A stretch of DNA of 64,000 nucleotides from Alphaproteobacteria bacterium (GTDB lineage: Bacteria; Pseudomonadota; Alphaproteobacteria; CACIAM-22H2). The stretch is from the NCBI GenBank assembly GCA_041690495.1, contig JAWLHE010000004.1, positions 341,730 to 405,729 of the forward strand, given 5' to 3'. The notes under the pieces were generated by a model. It made no database searches and was not told where the DNA came from. It saw only the letters and a list, made by a program, of their open reading frames with translations. Below are positions 49,432-60,435 of this stretch, in pieces; positions within the stretch are counted from its first letter, which is position 1; each line of letters begins with the position of its first letter. A program made the translations under genes and the position numbers.

Positions 49432-52400
49432 CTATTCCGCCGGCTGGCTGTGCGCCGCCGCCGGCGCATGTGCCTTGCGCGTGCGCGCGAGCAGCGTGTA
49501 CGCGGTCGGCACGATGAACAACGTGAAGAAGGTGCCCAGAAGCAGGCCGCCGACAATGACCCAGCCGATCTGCTGGCGGCTCTCCGCACCGGCACCCGTC
49601 GCCAGCGCCAGCGGAATCGAGCCGAGCACCATCGCGCCGGTCGTCATCAGGATGGGGCGCAGGCGCAGGACGGCCGCCTCGACCACCGCCTCCACCTTCG
49701 ACATCCCGCGCTCCTGCAGCTGATTGGCGAACTCAACGATCAGAATGCCGTGCTTTGTGATCAGGCCGACCAGCGTCACCAACCCGATCTGGCTGTAGAC
49801 ATTGAGCGTGCCGCCGGTCAGCTTGAGCGCCAGCAGCGCGCCGGTCATCGACAACGGCACCGTCAGCATGATCACGAACGGGTCGATGAAGCTCTCGAAC
49901 TGCGCCGACAGCACGAGGTAGATGAACACCAGCGCCAGCAGGAAGGTGACGTAGATGCCGCCGGTCGAGGTGCGGTACTCGCGACTCTCGCCCGACAGGT
50001 CGTTGATGATGTTCGACGGCAGCTTCTCCGCCTCTGCCTGCAGGAAGGTCAGCGCCTCGCCCAGCGTGTAGCCCGGCGCCAGGGTCGCGGTGATGGTGGC
50101 GGAACGCAGCTTGTTGAAGTGGTTGAGCTCCTTCGGGGCCACCGTCTCCTGGATCGTCACCAGGTTGGACAGCGCCACCATGTCGCCGCCGCCGGCGCGG
50201 ACATAGATCTGGTTTAGATCGTCGGGCCGCGCGCGCTCGGGGTCGGCGAGCTGGACCATCACGTCATATTGCTTGCCGTTCTGCTTGAAGCGCGTCACCT
50301 GGCGGCCGCCGAGCAATGTCTCCAGCGTGCGCCCGATCGTGTCGACATCGACGCCGAGGTCGGACGCCTTCTCGCGGTTGACCGAGACGCGCAGCTCCGG
50401 CTTGTTGAGCTTGAGATCGGAATCGAGGTTGAGCAGCCGCGGATTTTCCCGTGCCGCGGCCATGAACTGATCCACCGCCTTCTGCAGATCGGCATAGGGC
50501 GCGGAGGTCTGCAGCACGAACGAGATCGGCTTGTCGATCGGGCTCTGGCCCAGAGAAGGCGGGTTGACCGGGAAGGCGAGGATGCCGGGAATTGCGCCGA
50601 ACAGCTTCGGCGCCAGCTCGGCCACAACCTGCTGGACCTTGATCTCGCGCTCGTCCCAGTCCTTCAGCCCCATGAAGGAGATGGCCTGCGTCACCACCGG
50701 AAAGCCCACGACCATGAAGAACTTATCGATTGCCGGCGTCTGCGCATAGAAGGACTCCATGCGCCGCGCCGAGGCGTCGGTGAAATCGATGGTCGATCCC
50801 TCCGGCGCGATGCCGATCGCAATGAAGAAGCCGCGGTCCTCGGTCGGCGACAGCTCGGACGGCAGCGACGCGAACAGGAAGCCCGCCGCCCCCGCCACCA
50901 TCAGCATGACCACGACGACGGCGGCCCGGACCGTCAGGGTGAAGCGCAGAGTACGGCGATAGAAGCGGTTGAGCCCTTCGAGGCCGCGCTCGACAGTACG
51001 GTACGCCCAGCCGTGCCGCTCCTGGTGGCGCAGCAGCTTCGACGACATCATCGGCGACAGGGTCAGCGCCACGAAGCCGGAGACGATCACCGCGCCGGCC
51101 AGTGTCAGCGCGAACTCGCCGAAGAGCCGCCCGGTGCGGCCGGTCTGGAACGCGACGGGCGCGTAGACGGCGGCGAGCGTGATGGTCATGGCGACGATCG
51201 CGAAGGCGATCTCGCGCGAGCCCTTGAGGGCCGCCTCGAAAGGCCGCATGCCCTGCTCGACATAGCGGCTGATGTTCTCGAGCATGACAATCGCGTCGTC
51301 GACGACGAGGCCGACCGCCAGCACCAGCGCCAGCAGGGTCAGGGTGTTGATGGAGAACCCGCACAGCAGCATCAGCGAGAACGCGCCGACCAGCGACACC
51401 GGGATAGTGACGAGCGGGATCAGGGTCGCGCGAAGGCTGCGCAGGAAGATGAAGATGACGAGGATGACGAGGACGATCGCTTCTCCGATCGCGCTGAACA
51501 CGTTCTCGATCGATTTCTCGATGAAGACCGACGAATCGTAGGCGTTGTTGACCGTCATGCCCTCGGGCAGGCCCTCGATGATCTTCGGCAGGGTCTCGTT
51601 GACCGCGTTCGATACCTCGAGCGGATTGGCGGTGGACTGTTTGACGACGCCGATCGCCACTGCGCTGTTGCCCTTGTAGCGGGCGATGACGCGCTTGTCG
51701 CGCGCATCGATCTCGGCATGGCCGACATCCTTGAGACGGATCGGGTATCCCGCCGCATCGCGGATGATCATTTCGTTGAACTGCGCGGGCGTGCGCAGGT
51801 CGGTCTCGGTCAGCACCGTGAATTCGCGCGACGTGCTCTCTATCCGGCCGGCCGGAACCTCGACGTTCTGGCGGCGCAGCGCGTTCTCGACGTCCTGTAC
51901 GGTCAGCGAATAGGCCGCCAGCCGCATGGGATCGAGCCAGATACGCATGGCATAGCGCCGCTCGCCGAAGATGCGCACGTCGGCGACGCCGGGCAGGTTC
52001 TGCAGCCGGTCCTTGACGAAGCGGTCGGCATAATCGGTGACGTCGAGTGCCGAATGCCGGTCAGAGGAGAAGGCAAGATAGATGATCGGCTGCGCGTCGG
52101 CCTCGACCTTGGCGATCACCGGCTCGTCGATCTCGTCGGGGAGCTGGCCACGCACGCGCCCGACCCGGTCGCGCACGTCGGAAGCGGCGCCGTCGGGATC
52201 GCGGTCAAGCCGGAAGCGGATCGTGATCTGGCTCTCCTCCGGCCGGCTGATCGAACTCATCACGTCGATGCCCTCGATGCCCGCCAGCGAGTCCTCGAGC
52301 GGCACCGTCACCTGGCTTTCGATGATTTCCGCCGAGGCACCGCGATAGGTCGTTTCGACCGTGATCACCGGCTCGTCGATGTTCGGGTATTCGCGCACGC

Positions 52401-52497
52401 TGAGTCGGCTGTAGGCCATCAGCCCGACCAGCACGATCGCGAGGCTCATCACGGTGGCCAGCACAGGCCGGCGGATGGAGATGTCGGAGAGAGTCAT
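49432..52497 (-). CDS. efflux RND transporter permease (AcrB/MexB-like)
   Basis: Internal ATG MTLSDISIRRPVLATVMSLAIVLVGL. About 1020 aa with 12-TM RND architecture. Confidence 0.9.
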   Translation of the reverse strand: MTLSDISIRRPVLATVMSLAIVLVGLMAYSRLSVREYPNIDEPVITVETTYRGASAEIIESQVTVPLEDSLAGIEGIDVMSSISRPEESQITIRFRLDRDPDGAASDVRDRVGRVRGQLPDEIDEPVIAKVEADAQPIIYLAFSSDRHSALDVTDYADRFVKDRLQNLPGVADVRIFGERRYAMRIWLDPMRLAAYSLTVQDVENALRRQNVEVPAGRIESTSREFTVLTETDLRTPAQFNEMIIRDAAGYPIRLKDVGHAEIDARDKRVIARYKGNSAVAIGVVKQSTANPLEVSNAVNETLPKIIEGLPEGMTVNNAYDSSVFIEKSIENVFSAIGEAIVLVILVIFIFLRSLRATLIPLVTIPVSLVGAFSLMLLCGFSINTLTLLALVLAVGLVVDDAIVMLENISRYVEQGMRPFEAALKGSREIAFAIVAMTITLAAVYAPVAFQTGRTGRLFGEFALTLAGAVIVSGFVALTLSPMMSSKLLRHQERHGWAYRTVERGLEGLNRFYRRTLRFTLTVRAAVVVVMLMVAGAAGFLFASLPSELSPTEDRGFFIAIGIAPEGSTIDFTDASARRMESFYAQTPAIDKFFMVVGFPVVTQAISFMGLKDWDEREIKVQQVVAELAPKLFGAIPGILAFPVNPPSLGQSPIDKPISFVLQTSAPYADLQKAVDQFMAAARENPRLLNLDSDLKLNKPELRVSVNREKASDLGVDVDTIGRTLETLLGGRQVTRFKQNGKQYDVMVQLADPERARPDDLNQIYVRAGGGDMVALSNLVTIQETVAPKELNHFNKLRSATITATLAPGYTLGEALTFLQAEAEKLPSNIINDLSGESREYRTSTGGIYVTFLLALVFIYLVLSAQFESFIDPFVIMLTVPLSMTGALLALKLTGGTLNVYSQIGLVTLVGLITKHGILIVEFANQLQERGMSKVEAVVEAAVLRLRPILMTTGAMVLGSIPLALATGAGAESRQQIGWVIVGGLLLGTFFTLFIVPTAYTLLARTRKAHAPAAAHSQPAE

Positions 52498-52528
52498 CTT
52501 GGTTCCAATCGACGGAAGCGGGTCGGCT

Positions 52529-53659
52529 TCAGCCGCGATGGGCGTTGCCGTCGGCCACCGCGGGCGCCTTGGCACCGGGCTGCGGCGGCATCACCTGGAC
52601 CGGCATGCCGTCGCGCACCTTGAGCAGGCCTGCGGTGACGACGACGTCGCCTGGGCTCAGGCCTTCCACGATCTCGACCTCACCCGTGCGGCGCTCGCCC
52701 AGCTTGACGCGGGTGAAGGCGACCGCCTTCCCGCCCTGCTCGCCGTCGACGACCTTGAACACGAAGTGCTGGTCGTTGACCGGCACCAGCGACTGCTCGG
52801 GGACGAATACCGCCTCCTGCCTCTGCTCGACGATCAGCGCGACGCGCGCGAACAGGCCGGGCCGCAGCACGTCGTCGGGGTTGGCGATGCGCGCCCGGAT
52901 GACGACGGCGCGGCCGCCGGCATCGACCAGCGGGTCGATGGCATAGACTTCGCCCGCAAACTCGCGACCCGGCAGCGCATCGACGGTCAGGCCGATGCGC
53001 TGGCCGACCCGCAACGAGGCAAGGAAGACCTCCGGCACGCGGAAGTCGACCTTGAGCGGATCGATCTGCTCGAGATTGACGATCTCGGTCCCGGCATCGA
53101 CGAAGTCGCCGACGCTGACCTTGCGCAGGCCGATGACACCGTCGAACGCAGCGTTCAGCGTGTATTTCTCCAACCGCGCCTCTGCCAGCCGCACCGCCGC
53201 CTCGTCGTTGCGCAGCTTCCAGCGCGCTTCGTCCAGCGCGCGCTCCGTCCCGGCGCTGCGCTTGACCAGTTCCTGGGCACGGTCGTAGTTCGCCTTGGCA
53301 AGCGCCAGCGAGGCCTGCGCCTGGGCCAGCTCCGCACGCGGCACCGAGGCGTCGAGCTGGATCAGCACCTGGCCCTTGCCCACCTTCTCTCCCTCGATGA
53401 AATTGATCTGGGCGATGCGGCCGGCGAGCTCGGGGCGCAAGGTGACCGACTCGTTCGAGCGCAGCGAGCCGACCGCAAGGATCTGGCGCTGGCTGGGTCC
53501 CACGCGTACCGGCGCTGCCTCGACGGGCATGGCGAAGCCCGCCGGCGCCCCGCCGGCGTTGCCGGCGGTTTCGGCCGGCCGGCCGATCAGATACCAGTAC
53601 GCCCCGCCAATGCCTGCGCCGGCCAGAAGAACGACAAGGATTGCGACGATCGACCGCAT
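52529..53659 (-). CDS. efflux RND transporter periplasmic adaptor subunit (MFP)
   Basis: 376 aa with an N-terminal anchor, a coiled-coil hairpin (RAELAQAQASLALAKANYDRAQEL) and a beta-barrel domain. Confidence 0.85.
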   Translation of the reverse strand: MRSIVAILVVLLAGAGIGGAYWYLIGRPAETAGNAGGAPAGFAMPVEAAPVRVGPSQRQILAVGSLRSNESVTLRPELAGRIAQINFIEGEKVGKGQVLIQLDASVPRAELAQAQASLALAKANYDRAQELVKRSAGTERALDEARWKLRNDEAAVRLAEARLEKYTLNAAFDGVIGLRKVSVGDFVDAGTEIVNLEQIDPLKVDFRVPEVFLASLRVGQRIGLTVDALPGREFAGEVYAIDPLVDAGGRAVVIRARIANPDDVLRPGLFARVALIVEQRQEAVFVPEQSLVPVNDQHFVFKVVDGEQGGKAVAFTRVKLGERRTGEVEIVEGLSPGDVVVTAGLLKVRDGMPVQVMPPQPGAKAPAVADGNAHRG

Positions 53660-53784
53660 GAAAACCTGACCTCTGTTCGCCGCGGCACCGCCGCGGTCCT
53701 TGACCGCCCGCAGACCGGGGACTATCTAGGTATTCGGGCCTGAACTGAACCGTTCAGTACAGCCGGATAATAGGTTTTCTTGCA

Positions 53785-54465
53785 GTGCACAACAAGGCTG
53801 GGCGCATACCCCCTATCGAAAAAGATGAAGCCTCCTCGTCGGACAGGACGTCCGACCGCGCCGACAGCCCTCCCACCAAGCGCGACATGATCGTTTGCGC
53901 AGGCGCCAAAACCTTTATGGAACAAGGCTTTGAAGCGGCCAGCATGGACATGGTCGCGCGTCGCGCCGGGGTTTCCAAAGCGACCATCTACAGCCATTTC
54001 GAAAACAAGCACACGCTGTTCGGCGCGATCGTCAGTGGCCGCTGCCAGGCGATGATTCCCGTGATCACGGCGGCAGCGCTGACCGATCAGCCCCCCGCCG
54101 ATGCCTTGCGATCGACCGGCCGGAGATTCCTCGACCTGATCCTCAGCCCGGGCCCGCTATCCCTGTACCGGACGGTGCTCGCCGAAGCGGCGCGCTTTCC
54201 CGAGCTCGGCCGCAAGTTCTACGAGGCCGGACCGGACCTGGTCGCGCAGGCGCTCGCCGACTATCTGGCACGCCAGCATGCACAGGGCGTGCTCGACGTC
54301 CCGGAGCCGCGTATTTCGGCGGAGCAGTTCTTCGGCATGGTGCTCGGCCATGCGCATTTGCGCATGCTGCTTGGCATCGCCGATGCCGCGCCGGGCGCCG
54401 ATGAGCGCGACCGTGTCATCGAACTTGCCGTGCAGACGTTTCTCCGCGGTGTCGCACGACGCTGA
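53785..54465 (+). CDS. TetR/AcrR family transcriptional regulator (possible later start at about 53887)
   Basis: HTH GFEAASMDMVARRAGVSKATIYSHFENK. It lies opposite the RND operon in divergent orientation. Confidence 0.8.
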   Translation: MHNKAGRIPPIEKDEASSSDRTSDRADSPPTKRDMIVCAGAKTFMEQGFEAASMDMVARRAGVSKATIYSHFENKHTLFGAIVSGRCQAMIPVITAAALTDQPPADALRSTGRRFLDLILSPGPLSLYRTVLAEAARFPELGRKFYEAGPDLVAQALADYLARQHAQGVLDVPEPRISAEQFFGMVLGHAHLRMLLGIADAAPGADERDRVIELAVQTFLRGVARR

Positions 54466-54561
54466 CGCTCTGCGCGGCGGTTGCGCCGCGCCGTTGCACG
54501 CCCTATCTTCCCCGCGCATTTCCCCCTTAGGACTGACGCCCGCCGCGGCCTGACTCCGCCG

Positions 54562-56364
<1,803 letters not shown>

Positions 56365-56383
56365 ACGCGGGGCAGCCGCTGCA

Positions 56384-56740
56384 TCAGGTGAAGCTGCGCC
56401 CGCGATAGCGCCGTCGACGCCTGCGGAACGCGAGGGCCAGAGCGAAGCCGATCCCCAGGAACAGCAGGGCGGCCGGCAGGCGCAGCACGCTGAAGATGAC
56501 CGGATCCCACAGCAGCGGGTGGAGGTAGCGCTCGACCACCGCCTGGACGAGGTTGAGCGAGCCGGCGTGGAGCGAGAACCAGAGCTGGCCGAGCGGCGTC
56601 ATCGCCACCGCGCCGCTCTCGAGGAACACCCACACGTCGCGGGCGAACACCGCCAGACCGAGCGCGATGAAGATCCAAGCGAAGACGCGTCCGATCACGT
56701 TCCCTCCCCTCCGCCCGCGATCGGGCGGAGCCAGTGTCAA
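56384..56740 (-). CDS. hypothetical small membrane protein
   Basis: 118 aa with two to three hydrophobic helices (VFAWIFIALGLAVFA, LLFLGIGFALALAF). No motif found. Confidence 0.4.
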   Translation of the reverse strand: MTLAPPDRGRRGGNVIGRVFAWIFIALGLAVFARDVWVFLESGAVAMTPLGQLWFSLHAGSLNLVQAVVERYLHPLLWDPVIFSVLRLPAALLFLGIGFALALAFRRRRRRYRGRSFT

Positions 56741-56925
56741 TCGGGTTGCGGGGTCTAGCCAAGCTTCAGGATAGCACCGCCGGGCGCGGCGGCAAAAGCG
56801 CGGCGCCTCAAGGGGCTAGTCACGCCTGCGCGAGCCGCCGCCGGCTCGCGGGCGGATGCGAGCGGGGTGTTGGCAGGGCGACGCCTTGGGCTGTATGGTG
56901 CGCCGCCTGCACCGCAGGGCGAGCC

Positions 56926-57015
56926 GGAGGGATGGCCGAGTGGCTTAAGGCGCACGCTTGGAAAGCGTGTTTACGGGCAACCGTAACGTGGGTTCGAATC
57001 CCACTCCCTCCGCCA
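56926..57015 (+). tRNA. tRNA-Ser (anticodon GGA), 90 nt with long variable arm
   Basis: Hand-folded cloverleaf. Acceptor GGAGGGA/TCCCTCC is followed by discriminator G and encoded CCA. The anticodon stem CACGC/GCGTG carries loop TTGGAAA. The variable arm is 18 nt. The T-arm is GTGGG-TTCGAAT-CCCAC. Confidence 0.9.
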
Positions 57016-57139
57016 GTCATATCCGTAAACTATAACTAAATCAATGTATTATAGTGGAATTCGTTAACGGTTGGCGGGCATACCCACGCCCGTACCCACA
57101 ACGCCTCCACCGCTACTATCGGAGCCTGCACCGATACTG

Positions 57140-58312
57140 ATGTCGAAGAAAGTTCTGTTTCAGGGCGTTACCCCCGACAATCATTTAGCTGCCGTCCGGC
57201 AGGTCCTTTCGATTCCAGATCCGCAAAGGCTCCTCATAAGTGCAGCGTTCATGAATGAAGCGGGCTTGACGTTGCTCGAAGAAGCCCTGGCCCCGGTCGC
57301 CACTCACACAACAATCCTCGCCGGGATTCGCAACGGCATTACGTCGGCCCAAGGGCTTCGGAAGAGCCTCGCGATTGGCTGCTCCACTTACGCGGTGGAT
57401 ACTGGATCGCGCACAGTGATCTTTCACCCGAAAATCTACTATTCGCGGAACGAGAATGAGGCGCGCCTTATCGTCGGCAGCGCGAACCTCACGATTGGGG
57501 GCCTAAACGGAAACATCGAGGCGAGTCTGCTCCTGACGCTTGATCTTGATGACGAGGAAAACACGGCGCTTGCCGACGAGTTGGAAGAGAAGATCGACGG
57601 GATGATCGCCGAATACGAAGAGCATGTCTTCGTTGTGCCGGACGAAGCGATGATCCAGCGGCTGCTCGATTCCGGCAGACTCATCGATGAATCCCTTGTC
57701 GCTGCGCCCACGCCGTCCGGCGCATCAAGGGATCGCGATCTCGATACCGTGCCACGAATGAAGCTCAAGACGAGGGCTATCCTACGACCGCGTGTGCCAT
57801 CTCTTCCGGCACCGCCTGCACCCGCACCGCCCGCCCCTGCGCCTGCAGGCATTGCGGCACCGGTCCGGAAGAGGCTCGCGCTCGTGTGGGAAAGCAGCCC
57901 GCTCACGCGGCGTTATCTGACCATTCCGACCGGAGAGAACACGAACCCGACCGGTTCGATGCTCTTCGCGAAAGGGGCAATGAAGGATATCGACCAGAGG
58001 CACTATTTCCGGGACGAGGTGTTTGCCGGACTGGACTGGCACTTCGACACGGCTGCCGGACGCGAGCATATGGAACGGGCGGAAGCCCGGATTCAGCTCG
58101 TCATTCGGGACGTGGATTATGGCGTTTTCACGCTGCGGCTTTCGCATAACAGCCGCACCGATACGCGCGCCTACGAGCAGCGCAACAGCATGACACAGCT
58201 TCATTGGGGAGAGGCGCGTCCGTTGGTCGCGCGCGAAGACCTTCTCGGTCGGACAATGTATCTTTATCGGGACGAAGTAGACGAAGGCTTGTTCGTGATG
58301 GAAATCGACTAG
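57140..58312 (+). CDS. phospholipase-D-family (single HKD) nuclease with Pro/Ala linker and C-terminal domain of unknown fold; candidate restriction endonuclease
   Basis: Internal ATG MSKKVLFQG of ORF 57071..58312. The HKD motif TVIFHPKIYYSRNENEARLIVGSANLTIGGL fits HxK(x4)D...GSxN. A linker PAPPAPAPPAPAPAG is followed by a about 170 aa C-terminal domain. The gene converges on the MTase with a 4-bp overlap. Confidence 0.6.
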   Translation: MSKKVLFQGVTPDNHLAAVRQVLSIPDPQRLLISAAFMNEAGLTLLEEALAPVATHTTILAGIRNGITSAQGLRKSLAIGCSTYAVDTGSRTVIFHPKIYYSRNENEARLIVGSANLTIGGLNGNIEASLLLTLDLDDEENTALADELEEKIDGMIAEYEEHVFVVPDEAMIQRLLDSGRLIDESLVAAPTPSGASRDRDLDTVPRMKLKTRAILRPRVPSLPAPPAPAPPAPAPAGIAAPVRKRLALVWESSPLTRRYLTIPTGENTNPTGSMLFAKGAMKDIDQRHYFRDEVFAGLDWHFDTAAGREHMERAEARIQLVIRDVDYGVFTLRLSHNSRTDTRAYEQRNSMTQLHWGEARPLVAREDLLGRTMYLYRDEVDEGLFVMEID

Positions 58313-59943
58313 GCCGCCTCGGAGGAAACCCGGTGCCGCCTATCCCGTAGCTTCTTCCAGCCACTCATCAGTTCGTCCTGATCCGGCTTGGAAACACCGA
58401 TCGCGCCAAGAACAATCCTGCCCTGCCGCTCGAGAACCGCATCCATCGGCATCGACCGTATTGCCTTATCGAGAGATTCCAGTTTCGGTTCGATCTTTTT
58501 CGGGGCTGGAACTAGAAGCCTTTCGATTTCCGACGGGATAAGTTCAAGAACGCCACCGCCGTAATGACGGCCCTCAAGTTCAGCGCTCAGGGCCGTCAGC
58601 GGATTCATAAACCCAAATACAAGCTGGTCCGCCGAACCTTCCTTAACCGTGATGCGGTAGGCGGTGTCAGTCGTGTAGGCGCGCAGTCTGTTTAGAATCA
58701 GACGCGGCGTGTCGTGGCAGCGTTTAAGCATGCCGACTTCGGTCGCATAAACAGAGGGTACGGTGTACCAAGGGCTGCGGATACGGCACTTGTAGCGGGT
58801 ATGAAGCTTTTCGTCCTCGCCCTTGCGGATATAGGCTTTGCCGGTGCTGGATTTTTCTACGCTGGTGTCCTGAAACCAGACGAAGTTGGTAGGATTGCCC
58901 TTGGCGGCATTAGCCCTGTGCTGCGCCTCGTCATAGATTACGCCGGGGCAATGCTCGCTGCGCCCAAACATGGGGTGCGCCCATTTGCCCAGCCTAAATC
59001 GCTCAATGACTTCATCATTAACAAGGAAGAAGCTGTTGGCACCCGTCACGATGCCAACATCAACTTCTGCAATCTCGTCAAACCGGCTGACGGCATGCTC
59101 GTCGATCAGCCCGTCGAGCAAAGAGCGCGTATGCGGCTCCAATAGCGCCCGCGTCCACTTTCCCTCAACGGTCTTCCCGTTGATCGACTGGGGAGCGTTG
59201 AATATTTCCTCAGGGTTCTGCTTGATGAAGTCGCGTCCGCGCACTGGATAAATGCCGAGTCCCTCAGCGCGGTCGCTCGGTCCTCGCTTTTTTTCCACGA
59301 GAAGCAGAACAGCCCCTTGAAGCGTCCCCGGAAACCAAAGGTCCTCGGGATCGATGACGACCAGCCGCCGGGCGTTAGCGCCTAAATATGAGCGCAGCGA
59401 CTGCGCGTGCGTGACATGGATGATCTCGGCGGGCACAACCATTGCCAGCCGACCGCCGGGGCGCAGCAGGGCAAACGATGCCAGAATGAACGGCACCCAG
59501 GCGTTGGTGTGCTTTGTGAATTTGCAGGCCAGTTCGCTAAAGATCCGCTCAGCGCGGCCTTGAAACGGCGGCGGCAGATACTGATAACGAATAAAGGGCG
59601 GATTCCCGAGCACTGCGTCGAAGCGCGCCCCTTCATCGCCGAGAGCGTCGATTGCCCAGCCCAGAAAATCACCATCCCTGATGGTGACACGCGAGAGGCC
59701 GGAGCTCTTTGCACGCTTGGAAGCCTTCCGGGCCTCGGCGCTGTTGATCTCAAAGCCCGTGACCAAAGGATTGCCAAGAGTGTCTGCGATCTTGTCGAAG
59801 AAGACCCCGTCGCCGCAACTCGGCTCCAGGATCGATTCCGGGGCGCCTTTTGCGATCCAGCGCACCAGAAAACCCGCAAGATCGTCGGGCGTATAGTACC
59901 CGCCGCGAAGTTTCTGCTCTGTCTGAAATTCTCTGAAATTCAT
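58309..59943 (-). CDS. N6-adenine DNA methyltransferase, gamma class (motif I before motif IV), with C-terminal target-recognition region
   Basis: Internal ATG MNFREFQTEQ. Motif I is ILEPSCGDGVFF (FxGxG) and motif IV is LGNPPFIRY (NPPF/Y). About 300 aa of C-terminal extension follows. Confidence 0.8.
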   Translation of the reverse strand: MNFREFQTEQKLRGGYYTPDDLAGFLVRWIAKGAPESILEPSCGDGVFFDKIADTLGNPLVTGFEINSAEARKASKRAKSSGLSRVTIRDGDFLGWAIDALGDEGARFDAVLGNPPFIRYQYLPPPFQGRAERIFSELACKFTKHTNAWVPFILASFALLRPGGRLAMVVPAEIIHVTHAQSLRSYLGANARRLVVIDPEDLWFPGTLQGAVLLLVEKKRGPSDRAEGLGIYPVRGRDFIKQNPEEIFNAPQSINGKTVEGKWTRALLEPHTRSLLDGLIDEHAVSRFDEIAEVDVGIVTGANSFFLVNDEVIERFRLGKWAHPMFGRSEHCPGVIYDEAQHRANAAKGNPTNFVWFQDTSVEKSSTGKAYIRKGEDEKLHTRYKCRIRSPWYTVPSVYATEVGMLKRCHDTPRLILNRLRAYTTDTAYRITVKEGSADQLVFGFMNPLTALSAELEGRHYGGGVLELIPSEIERLLVPAPKKIEPKLESLDKAIRSMPMDAVLERQGRIVLGAIGVSKPDQDELMSGWKKLRDRRHRVSSEAA

Positions 59944-60128
59944 TTGGCCGATCCCTTCTTTGGGGTTTGAGGGCTCGGCGTGCGCCGTTCTTCGAGGTAA
60001 CGTCCGGCGGCCTGGATAAACCATTCCTTGAGGGTGGAGTCCTCCATAGCCAAAGCGCTGTAGAGCCGCCGCTTGAGCGTGGGGTCTACGTCAACAACGA
60101 TTCGGCCTGACTCTCCTTTGGGCATCAA
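59940..60128 (-). CDS. ribbon-helix-helix (CopG/Arc-like) DNA-binding protein, candidate controller of the MTase
   Basis: 62 aa. RIVVDVDPTLKRRLYSALAMEDSTLKEWFIQAAGRYLEE is a beta-strand followed by two helices. Its TGA overlaps the MTase ATG (ATGA at 59940-59943). Confidence 0.55.
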   Translation of the reverse strand: MMPKGESGRIVVDVDPTLKRRLYSALAMEDSTLKEWFIQAAGRYLEERRTPSPQTPKKGSAK

Positions 60129-60155
60129 TGGGTTCCAACCCGACTCAGATAACTT

Positions 60156-60173
60156 ATGTTACATAGCTAACAT
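60156..60173. promoter_or_regulatory. perfect inverted repeat ATGTTA-CATAGC-TAACAT about 28 bp upstream of the RHH gene start; candidate operator
   Basis: Read directly from the sequence in an AT-rich intergenic region (60129-60435). Confidence 0.4.
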
Positions 60174-60435
60174 GAGTCGCGTGGAATCGTCCAGCGGAGA
60201 TGTCGATCCATTCTAGGCCATATCATGGCGCACCACTTGTCATGGCGAACGCCGTCCTCAATCCAACGGGGCTTGAATCGAGCTATTCCTTAATCATCGG
60301 GGCATTGACGTTCTCGTTGTAACACAAGCTCTCGTGTCCTGTGTTGCAGGGCGATCGATAAAGAAGCAAACCAGCTTGCCAGCGTAGAGAGGCAAGAGCG
60401 CCTTCAACGTGTGTAGGTTCCCATCGACGGATCGG

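Noticed and set aside
50269-52623. 784-aa plus-strand ORF
   Set aside because: Antisense to the RND permease gene. Asp/Arg/His-rich low complexity.
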